From assembly GCA_951406725.2 (NCBI GenBank), contig OX597814.1, forward strand, positions 141,298,001 through 141,362,000: 64,000 nucleotides of DNA. Reading direction: 5' to 3'. Positions 28,475-39,318 of this stretch are shown here, piece by piece. Numbering within the stretch: position 1 is the stretch's first letter; each line of letters starts with the position of its first letter. The position numbers were made by a program, and so were the translations under genes. A model generated the notes under the pieces. That model saw only the letters and a list, made by a program, of their open reading frames with translations. It did not search any database and had not been told where the DNA came from. The DNA comes from Octopus vulgaris. Its lineage: Eukaryota.

Positions 28475-29112
28475 AGGTTATCGTTCAGTTTTATTTCAAG
28501 ATTACTTGCCAATAGAGAACGAGCCAGTTTCTGACCTAGAATCAAGGCTCCTTCATTGGAATTTCAACATCAACAACAGGTTATTTTTGTTTGTTTGTAG
28601 CTATGTATATGTGCAGTTTTGTATGTTTTGCTTATGTATGTATTCTCATGCATATAGTTCCATACCTAGACATGCTCATATATATTTAAATGATAAACTT
28701 CTGAAAAGTTTTACTGATTTTTACAGTTCTAGTGATGGATTGGATCTGTAGTCTTCGAATTAGCTTTTTCCTTTCTGGTTTTGAGAAGCCCAATTTCTCC
28801 AGATTGGTATTTAGGCAGTGTGTTACATATCCCAGTGCCCCAATAGTAACAGGTATAAACTTGAACTTGTAATCTGGATAGAGTAACTGCAGATTTCTCC
28901 ATAGTTCAGTGTCGGTGTTCTATTTTTCACTGATCTTCAGCTTGATGTTAACATCCGTTGGGCAGCTAATTTTCACAACTATGCACAGTTTCTCTTCTCT
29001 ATCTCAAATCATTATATCAGGTCTGTTGTGCTTATATTTTATTGAGGTCTTCACTGCGACATCCCACCAGTACTCCTTTTTATTATGAGTGGCTATGGCT
29101 TCTACCGTGAGT
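28475..29112 (-). mobile_element. 5'-truncated R4/Dong-like RLE retrotransposon inside (TACA)n
   Basis: EYWWDVAVKTSIKYKHNRPDIMI*DREEKLCIVVKISCPTDVNI...FIPVTIGALGYV...KTFQKFII* (stop 28686-28688) is a PD-(D/E)xK RLE domain. TATG/TACA repeats lie on both sides. Confidence 0.85.
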
Positions 29113-29370
29113 ATGTATGTATGTATGTATGTATGTATGTATGTATGTATGTATGTATGTATGTATGTATGTATGTATGTATGTTTCCTTTCTGTAAACG
29201 AAAACCCATGTCCATGACATTCTGCTCAGGCAGTTGTATTACTCATTTAATTGTGAAAGGCGGGAAATGTAAAATTCTTTCATTGTCAGTCACATAGTAT
29301 CCATTCACTGAACAGTGAAATAATGAAAGTGGGGGAAAATGAATGGCAACATCAATTATTAAAGTATATG

Positions 29371-29471
<101 letters not shown>

Positions 29472-31752
29472 ATGTATGTATATATATATATAATGTGTAT
29501 ATAAACTGTTTGAGCGATAATATGAATATAATTTACATATTTTCTGGTGGCGCACGTGATAAGATTCGTTAATGGGTTTTGATTAATAGGGGATAGACAA
29601 ATGGAATGTGATAGAATATACTTCCTAATGCTTTTAGAGCTTAATGAGGAAACTCTTACGGTCTTGCATGGCCTGCTAAGAATAGCAGCCGAATCTCCAA
29701 TCATATTGTATTATTTTCAAAAAAAAAAAAGAAAAGGGTAACATATTTGATAATATGTTCTAGGGTACACTAAGTGATGTCAGGTCACTTGTGAGATCTC
29801 TCATGAATAATTCTAGTAACATGGAATCCAGTACAAACTGTTGCATGGTTGGGTCGTTCGCAACTAAACCGACACACCGTCCCTAAGCTTGCCTGGTGAG
29901 GAGAGTCGTTAAAAATCCAGTAGGAGTAAAGACAAGAGCTGTCAAGACGGAAGATGAACCTAGTGGAGGTTCAACGACTATCTGGCAATAGCACGATCTC
30001 TCAGAAATTCCGAGTTGGTGATCGGCATGTTGTAAGACGACTAGGAATAAGGCACTCCTTAGCTTTTGTTAAAGCTTGTCTCTAGAATCCGCTATAGATT
30101 TCACTGTCTCAAAGTAGATATGCGTGTGACTCCGAATATGAACTCTACACATCAACACCGACGCTCTTGTTCTTTCAGTGGGACATTTGTTACAGCCTCG
30201 ACTGCCGACGACCATCGGATGAAGTCAGCATTTGTGAGGAATGTGGTGAAGTCGGTGGTCAGAACCTGCTCAACCCATCCCAGGAGGTGAATGACGCCGC
30301 AATTACAAGTAAGCAAGGTACACCAAGAAAAGCGCTAGTTGTCACTTGTGAAAGAGAACGGTTAGGTTAACATGTATCATGTTTCTGCTATTTGTTTTAG
30401 GTGATTGTGTAGTCACGAACACACACAAACGCGATCTTGATTCTCTCGCTATTTGACCTATAAACATCCAGGATTTGACAACTGGAGAAAGCGATGGGTG
30501 CACTCGGGTGGTGCTCATTTCCAGTTGAATTGAACAATGTGAAATGAAATGCTTTGCTCTAGGACACACCACATCGCCGGGTCGTCCGGGAATTGAGACC
30601 ACAACTTTATGATCGCGAACCGAACACACTAACCTCTTGGCTGCATACCTTCACGAGGGTATACTACGTATTGATCATGGCTGGAATATCTTTTTTTGAC
30701 CAAAGCTCTGGTCGATTAGGGGTAAACAGTAACAATAACTTCCTAAAGCTTTTGATAAACGTATATCAAGGGAAATGCTTTCACGTGGGAATCAAACTAG
30801 ATTTTGATTGGCTGGAGAAAACGATGGCTGTCGTTGTTGTTGTTGTTGTTTAGGCTCAGGTCAGTCACTACTGTGCATATTTACGGTGAAATGTGTTGGC
30901 TATTAGGCCATTACAATTTCGTCTTCTGTACGACATTGCACACCTTCCAGTTCTTTACCAGACGAGGTATTCTTGATTTGAGGCTTTAGTTCATATAATA
31001 AAACGGGTTCTTTTTATAAGGGTTAAACTATCTGTAGGCTGGTGCCACAGCTGGGCTAAGTAAAATAGAAAAAGTTAATTATTATAAAAGTTAATGGTGT
31101 ACAAACTGAGTTCATAACTGAGCTAAGGAAAAAAGGACTCATTTTCTGAGGGTTACACAGTGTATAGGCTGTGGTCAGAAAGGGCTAAAAAACAACAAAA
31201 CATAAAGGTACTTTTTCCGCAAGGGTTGTGTGGTAAGAAGTTTGATTCCCAACCACACGGTCCCGGATTCAGTCCCACTGCGTGGCACCTTGGGCAAGGG
31301 TCTTCTGCTATAGCCTAGGGCCGACCAAAGGATGAAAGGCAAAGTCGGCCTAGGCGACTGATCTAATCAATAATGTCATCTTAAGGTGTTTATAAGAGTA
31401 TCTTGCAATTTTCTTTTAGGATGTTCATGCTATTTAAGATACAATACACAGTAAGGCCAAGAAAAGTATGAAAAATAATACCTTCTTTTTAGGCTTCCCC
31501 TAAGAGAAACACTTAGATATCTTTTTCGTGGTTTTAATAAATGAGGAGGCATAACATCCTTGAACTTTTACTAAGTCGTATCGAATGGCAGAGTAAAAAA
31601 AACTCAACCTATCAAATATAGTCTATCCGACAAGTTTCCGTCTCTATCCAATTACTCTTACATGATTTCGATCGAATATGGCAGAGCACACTTGCTTAAC
31701 GTGTCTTACAGTGGGATCAAACGGTAAAGCAAACTTTTTAAATCACTGTCAT

Positions 31753-31819
<67 letters not shown>

Positions 31820-31838
31820 AATGTGTGTATGTATGTAA

Positions 31839-31879
<41 letters not shown>

Positions 31880-31899
31880 CATATACATATGTGTATGCG

Positions 31900-32234
31900 T
31901 AGCCTTGCTTCCCAATCACATGGCTCTGAGTTCAATCCCACTGCGTAACTCATTGGGCAAGCGTCTTCTACTATAGCTTCGGGCCGACCAAATCCACTAG
32001 ACGGAAACTAAATGAAGCCCGTCGTATATGTATATATCTATGTATCTGTGTTTGACCTCCCGTTTCCGCTTGACAACCGGAGTTGGTGTGTTTACGTTCC
32101 CGTAAATTTGTGGTTCAGTAAAAGAGACTGACAGAATAAGTTCTAGGTTTCAAAATAAGTCCCGGGTCGATTTGTTCAACTGAAATCCTTCAAGGAGGTG
32201 CTCCAGCATTGTCGCAAACAAGTAAAAGAATAAA

Positions 32235-32236
<2 letters not shown>
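31900..32236 (+). mobile_element. SINE family B
   Basis: Matches 61365-61775. Confidence 0.75.
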
Positions 32237-32281
<45 letters not shown>

Positions 32282-32285
<4 letters not shown>

Positions 32286-32833
32286 GTCATCCCATAGATA
32301 ATGCGGTTTTGTTTCATTGCATGAACTAAAAATCGGAGGGGGACGGGATAAACTACCTGCATCAACTTGGTATGAAGGCAGGTAGTAATTTTACCTTGTA
32401 ATTATTCTTAGAGCAAGTTTTGAAGAGTGCAGTTCGATTCTAACAGTCATTTTTTCAAAGCTAATAATGGAAGGGACAAAGGAACATATTGAGCATATTT
32501 TGCTTCATGAGTTCAATAAAGGCACAACACAACAGAAAGAGCAAGGAATATTTATGCAGTATATGCAGGATGACATTCGAAAGGCTGGAGCAGTTTGAAT
32601 GGGAAACGATACCCCATCCAGCATATTCGCCGAACATTGTCCCATTTGATTATCATTTATTCCGCAGTCGTCAAAATCATTTCGAAGGAAAAAATCTGAA
32701 TTCTGTAGACGAGGTTAGAACAACATTGGAGAGTATTTTTCGTCACGGTCAAGTGAATTTTGGGAGAGGGGCCTTGCAAGTTTACCAGATAGATGGATGA
32801 CCATTGTAGAAAATGAAGGAGAGTATACTGTAG

Positions 32834-32836
<3 letters not shown>
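32282..32836 (+). mobile_element. internally deleted mariner element
   Basis: 5' TIR ttgtgtcatcccatagataatgcgg. MEGTKEHIEHILLHEF is fused to WETIPHPAYSPNIVPFDYHLFRS...LPDRWMTIVENEGEY. Confidence 0.85.
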
Positions 32837-32887
<51 letters not shown>

Positions 32888-32890
<3 letters not shown>

Positions 32891-32915
32891 TTATATATAT
32901 AAAACTGAGAATGCG

Positions 32916-32946
<31 letters not shown>

Positions 32947-33904
32947 GTGTTTCCCTAAAACTTGAGAACTACACAACCAATTTCATTCAAATTTTACACA
33001 TGCCTTCCTTAGGGTCCGGGGAGTGTCGCCGGCAAAAATGTTTTTAGCTTTTTGCCTAGGGCGAGCCCACAGCAATATCATATCTTCTCCACTATTTTAG
33101 TATTACGTGTTAAAAGTGAAACGAAAACGTTTCTCTATTTTATGTCAGATACTTTCACTTTAACAATAAAAATAATAATAATAATTGAATTATATGTGGT
33201 AAGTAATAATTAAAATCAAACTAAAGTATAATATAATCGTAACATAAAAAAAGTAAAAATAGCAATTGGTATAAAATTGCATCAATGACTTGAACTTGAA
33301 TAAGTAGTTTCACATGAATGGGAATAAATTAAAAATAAAATTAGCGTTCAGAAATGGAATAGTCCAGATGGATAATAAAAAATTAAATTAAAGAAAAGAC
33401 TATTGTCTATAAAGTATACAATGTAGAGAAAAAAGAAGATTTGAACATGGAGGAAACCACCTTCGAAAAGTGTCTTGGTGCGACTATGAAAGGTAAATTC
33501 GCCACAATAGAAGCAAGGTTCGAGTCAACGGAGCGTGCAAGGGAGTACTCGACTCGAACTTGCAAAGTGGAAATATTTTAATTTTACTTTTATATCGGGG
33601 ACGTAGGACGTCCCGGAAAAAAATTTTAAATGCCTCATCCCCCAGAAGTAGAGGTAGGCTGGACTGTAGCGACACTTCTATACAAGAGGGAGGGCAAGAT
33701 ACAATTGATCGAAATTACAAGAGACGGGCTAACAATTCCAGTCTGTTATATATTTTGAGTATTGTTATCACTAGCGATATCAAGATATAACCTTGTATTT
33801 TGTATTTTATGTGTAGATCTATATATATAGATGTACATGTAATATGTACACATATATACATGCACTAAGCACTATGACCCGGCAACAACGGGTCTTTAAT
33901 GCTA

Positions 33905-33905
<1 letters not shown>
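32888..33905 (+). mobile_element. non-autonomous Helitron in (TA)n
   Basis: 5' A|TCtttatatatataaa, (TCTG)n, 3' hairpin gacccg-gcaacaa-cgggtc (33877-33895), CTAG|T. Confidence 0.85.
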
Positions 33906-33951
<46 letters not shown>

Positions 33952-34109
33952 TACAAAATAAATATAAGAGAGTGGTCACTATATGGCTCACTCTAGCACC
34001 AGTTAATCCAAAAGGTTTCAACCACAAAAATACATGTTTCCCATGAAAGTCAGTACGATTGTTAGCTCACACGGACAGGGCAAATAAAAAATAACAAAAA
34101 TACAGATTA

Positions 34110-34191
34110 TTTTGGGACAATTGTTTCGCTATTAATGAATTAAATGTAATTTTACTTACAAAAAAATCCACTTGTAGCTCGTCAGCCAAAA
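34110..34191 (-). ncRNA. type I hammerhead ribozyme
   Basis: Exact reverse complement of 34793-34874. Confidence 0.85.
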
Positions 34192-34792
34192 CTATCTGGA
34201 TGAAATCCACTCAATCACACGCCAGATTTTACCATAACGATAAATACGCGTGTGGTTCAATTGATTACATCCGACGTTATAATTCAAATGCCCCAACTAA
34301 CAGCGCGCCAAACTCTCACGGAAAACAAATACTGCATTTAGAAATAAATGCAGCATAATTATAATTAATTAATAAGGGTGAGAGAATTAGATACTAATTT
34401 AATAGTATATCTATTCAATACCAAGTGGCCTAGTGCTCCGAGAAACCTGGATTATTATAATATTTTATAATATATTATAATATTTTTACAAAATAAATAT
34501 AAGAGAGTGGTCACTATATGGCTCACTCTAGCACCAGTTAATCCAAAAGGTTTCAACCACAAAAATACATGTTTCCCATGAAAGTCAGTACGATTGTTAG
34601 CTCACACGGACAGGGCAAATAAAAAATAACAAAAATACAGATTATTTTGGGACGTTTGTTTTCCGTGAGAGTTTGGCGCGCTGTTAGTTGGGGCATTTGA
34701 ATTATAACGTCGGATGTAATCAATTGAACCACACGCGTATTTATCGTTATGGTAAAATCTGGCGTGTGATTGAGTGGATTTCATCCAGATAG

Positions 34793-34874
34793 TTTTGGCT
34801 GACGAGCTACAAGTGGATTTTTTTGTAAGTAAAATTACATTTAATTCATTAATAGCGAAACAATTGTCCCAAAA
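34793..34874 (+). ncRNA. type I hammerhead ribozyme
   Basis: ttttgg-CTGACGA-gcta...tagc-GAAAC-AATT-GTC-ccaaaa. 6-bp stem I, canonical core, palindromic stem III, GUC triplet. Confidence 0.88.
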
Positions 34875-35180
34875 TAATCTGTATTTTTGTTATTTTTTAT
34901 TTGCCCTGTCCGTGTGAGCTAACAATCGTACTGACTTTCATGGGAAACATGTATTTTTGTGGTTGAAACCTTTTGGATTAACTGGTGCTAGAGTGAGCCA
35001 TATAGTGACCACTCTCTTATATTTATTTTGTAAAAATATTATAATATATTATAAAATATTATAATAATCCAGGTTTCTCGGAGCACTAGGCCACTTGGTG
35101 TTGAATAGATATACTATTAAATTAGTATCTAATTCTCTCACCCTTATTAATTAATTATATATAAATATATATATATATAT

Positions 35181-35387
35181 AAGTCAGTAAATGGTGGGAT
35201 TGTGTTAACCGCACGTGATGAAATTATAGAAGAAAAAAATAATAAGGCAGAATGCTAAATTGAAAGTACATTCTTTCTTTTTTCTTTTTTTCATTTTTTC
35301 TTTTTTAATTTTTCATACACCCACCCATTTTTATTAAATTGTACTTTCAATTTAGCATACTGCCTTATTACTTTTTCTTCTCCTATA
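35181..35387. mobile_element. short PLE 3'-terminus relic with inverted arms
   Basis: 35181-35258 resembles the reverse complement of the Neptune terminus at 44085-44165. 35225-35270 is inverted at 35340-35387. TA flanks. Confidence 0.65.
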
Positions 35388-35459
35388 TATATACAACTAT
35401 GTTTTATGTAGTCACTTTCTCTCGGACTTATGGACACTAAACCGATTATACACACACAC

Positions 35460-35553
<94 letters not shown>

Positions 35554-36687
35554 CAACGACGTGCACGCGTGTGTGTGTACTATATCACACCATATCACTT
35601 TCTACCAATGACGATTGCAACTATAACAATGACCAATGAAAGTAACATTTCATCTTAGGATGATAGATCTAACCTTTAAGCTACTCATTAGATTACTAAA
35701 ACCAAGCTGCGACTCATTACAAAGAACAGCTAACTGCCCGAGGAAGAAATGTTCTCATCATTTCCTTTTTTTTTTATCTTAAGAAAAACAATAAAACACT
35801 CCCAAAATAGGCTTGGTCATCCTTAGTTTAGTCACTTCAGGCAATATGTCTGCCAAATAATAAGTGTCGATGTTACATTTCTTTAACTTTTTTAGTTATT
35901 ATTAGTATTATTTTATTTATTTACTTTTTTGTAAGAAAAAACATCTCAAAGGAGTCAATTTAGTTGAGCAACTGCTACTTTTATCCACTCCTCATTTATT
36001 TTACTTCCGAACCCTTATCCGAGATAATCCCCACCTTTGTTATGCCTCTGCTATCCTACCTCAATTAAAATTGTTACCTGTGAATAAGAGAAATAATTGA
36101 GATACTAGAAGTCATTGTAGTTTTCTCCTGACTAATGTAGTTTGTATTTCGTATTTAACTAAACATTCGCTCTCTACTTCGAGTTTGGCCTTTCTTTTCT
36201 CCAATATTTGAATAGAATAAATTCACTTCTTTGCTTCAAGTCAGAAGTAATTATCTTTACTTGCAGCAAGATAAGGTACAAATGGTCTTGTTGCTGCTGC
36301 TGTTGTTGTTTAGACCCATGTTAACCGTGATCGAGCTCACCTGTGATCAAAACCAAGCGATTATCTTTAACAGGCACTGCAAAAAGCATTTAATTAAACT
36401 ATCACACACGCCCACACATATCCAGACACACACACATACGCGCGCTCGCATATGTATCCGTTTAATTCACTTTGGGCGAATGCCTCAGAATGTACTCTTA
36501 AAATCTGCTATGTATATATATGTACACACACATACACGCACACACATAAGTGTATGACATGTATGTATATAGTGGGTTTGAGGATATAGTGACTTTCTTA
36601 GGGATTATAAAATCCAGAGATCAACTGGTGTCATCAATGATATATTGGGAGAATTCTCTCAATATAAAGGGATAAACATCTAATATA

Positions 36688-37194
36688 CCGTAAATCCTCG
36701 AGTATAATCCGCATTTTTTCCCCCAAAATTTAAAGGCCAAAATCCCTAGTGCGTACTATATACGAGGTTAAAAATGAAAATTATTTTCTAAGCAATGTCC
36801 GAGTCACTATTTGCTGTCCGGCAATGTTTATTCAGAAGTATTTTGTGATGTCGGGCTCGAAAATACCTTAAGCTAAGCCTGGAAAGCAATGAAGTCATAA
36901 AAGGATCATCCGTATCTTGCAGTAAGCAACATTTATTAAACGTTATTACTGTTATTTCTTTATTTTCTGCAAACAAAATGCACAAAAAAGCTACACGTTT
37001 GCATTATCTTATATAATAATAAAGGACGTTACCGTATACATTTTTACAAACCAAGGACGTTATATAGACCTCCTTGACTCAAGTTAGAAAAGGGGTGCGT
37101 ATTATACACAAGGTTTAGGTTTTTCAGAGGTACAACCACCGAAAAATCCCCTGCATATTATACTCAAAGGCGGACTATACTCGAAGATTTACGG
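36688..37194. mobile_element. MITE of Tc1/mariner/pogo type
   Basis: TIRs ccgtaaatcctcgagtataatccgc / gcggactatactcgaagatttacgg with TA TSD. Confidence 0.85.
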
Positions 37195-38064
37195 TACATT
37201 TATTACTATAAGTAAACGGAGAAAAATACTGTGGATGCTAATTTTATTTGTATCACATTGAATATACATTAACATAAAAGAAGCATAAGAAGTACCTACA
37301 CATGTTTCAATCTGGTCACAATGTAAACAGTGCTTGTGTGTGTGTGTGTCTATGTTTGTCCTCCCACCGCCACTTGACGACCGATGCTGGTGTGTTTATG
37401 TCCCCGTAACTTAGCGATTCGGCAAAAGACACAGATAGAATAAGTAGTAGGCCTAAAAAGAATAAGGCCTGAGATCGATTTGCTCGACTGAAACCCCTTC
37501 ATGGTGATGTCCAGCATGGCCGCAGGCAAATGACACACAAATAAAAGAATACATATATATATTGGTATAAACTTCTGGCACAAGGTCAGCAATTAAGGGG
37601 TGGGTATAAGTCGATTACATTGGCCTTAGTGTCGGACTGGTACCTGTTTTATCTACTTTGATTGGACGAAAGGCAAAGTCGATCACAGCGGCACTTAAAC
37701 TCCGAACGTAAAGTGGGGGATGAGATGCCGCTAAGTATTTTGACCGGTGCGGTTCTTTAAAAAGATTTGTATTGACAGTGACTTCGAAGTTTCGATCAGC
37801 TAAGCTATCGACGTGTACACACACACATGCATTTATAAGTATATATATATATATATATATATATATTTACTTGTTTCGGTCATTTGATTGTGGCCATGCT
37901 GGAGCACCGACTTTGGTCGAACAATTCTTTGTAATCCTAGTACTTATTCTATCGGTGAATTTTGCTGAACCGCTAGTTTTCCCGGACGTAAACACACCAT
38001 CCTCGGTTGTCAAGCGATGATGTGGGTAGAAATATAGACACACAAATACATACACATATGTATG

Positions 38065-38110
<46 letters not shown>

Positions 38111-38163
38111 CATATATATATATACATATGTATCTATATATAAGTATGTATGTATGTATACGT

Positions 38164-38198
<35 letters not shown>

Positions 38199-38359
38199 CC
38201 AGCCAGAAATTGCAAATATAATCTGGAACTCGACTGAGGAAAGAAAACTCCGAATGACCCGTCCTTGTTTTCTTTGTATCGTCTATCTGGATGTTTTGTT
38301 GTCCTTTTTTGTATCACCTAACTCTCTGGATGTTTTACGTTCTTGTCCCATTTTAGTAT

Positions 38360-38396
<37 letters not shown>

Positions 38397-39191
38397 CACG
38401 GACTTCTTTCAGTTTCCATCTACGAAATCCACTTACAAGGCTTTGGTCGGCCCAAGGCTATAGCAGAAGACACTTGCTCAAAATGCCTCACAGTGGGACT
38501 GAACCCGGTACCATGGGGTTGGGAAGCAAGCTTCTTACCACACGGCCACGCCAATATACATACACATACACACACACACATACACACACACACAAACACA
38601 CACACATGTATATCTGTTGTAAATAATGTATATATAAGCACATCTATCTGTATATCTATGTATTGTTCGTTCATTTAGTTCACGTGGTAAGGGGACAACT
38701 CTTCTGTCACAGTTGAACACGCACGTGATAGGCACAGAAAAAAGAGGAAGTAATTTTAGAGATAGAAAAATAATAAAGACGATGAATTATATATTGAAAA
38801 CAATTTAGTCAGAGAAGAAGAGGACGGCACACATGACCGATGCAAGCACTCCTAAACTGATAACGTGATGGTGGTTACGGTGGTAGTAATCGTTATTTAT
38901 ACCAAGGTCAACCTCGATAGAACAAACTTCTGATGAAAGGTGAAACATCCCGCCATTTTCTTTAGAGTATTGCAGTGAGTCATAACACCACGTTATTCGT
39001 AACGGTAGAAAATAATGTTTTGTTCTAACCATGGTTTCACTTTTTGAACTACGACCAAACTGTGGAGCGTCATCTTCCAGGCTGTCAATCATATTCTTTC
39101 CCGCTATTAATTTTAGGCTCGTATTTGTTTCACTGATTTCTATATGATTCAAGTTTTTGACACACCATTGGTTTTTACACACACACTCACA

Positions 39192-39273
<82 letters not shown>

Positions 39274-39275
39274 TA

Positions 39276-39314
<39 letters not shown>

Positions 39315-39318
<4 letters not shown>

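Larger units (their letters stand above)
33952..35159. mobile_element. non-coding hammerhead-bearing element: 535-bp monomer, 1.3 tandem units (-) fused to an inverted permuted unit (+), in (TA)n
   Basis: 33952-34118 equals 34487-34653 (period 535). 34655-35159 is the reverse complement of 34329->33952 continuing into 34486->34360. Confidence 0.9.

Noticed and set aside
38922-38955. ctgatgaaagggtgaaac resembling a hammerhead core
   Set aside because: No stem II and no convincing stem I/III pairing.
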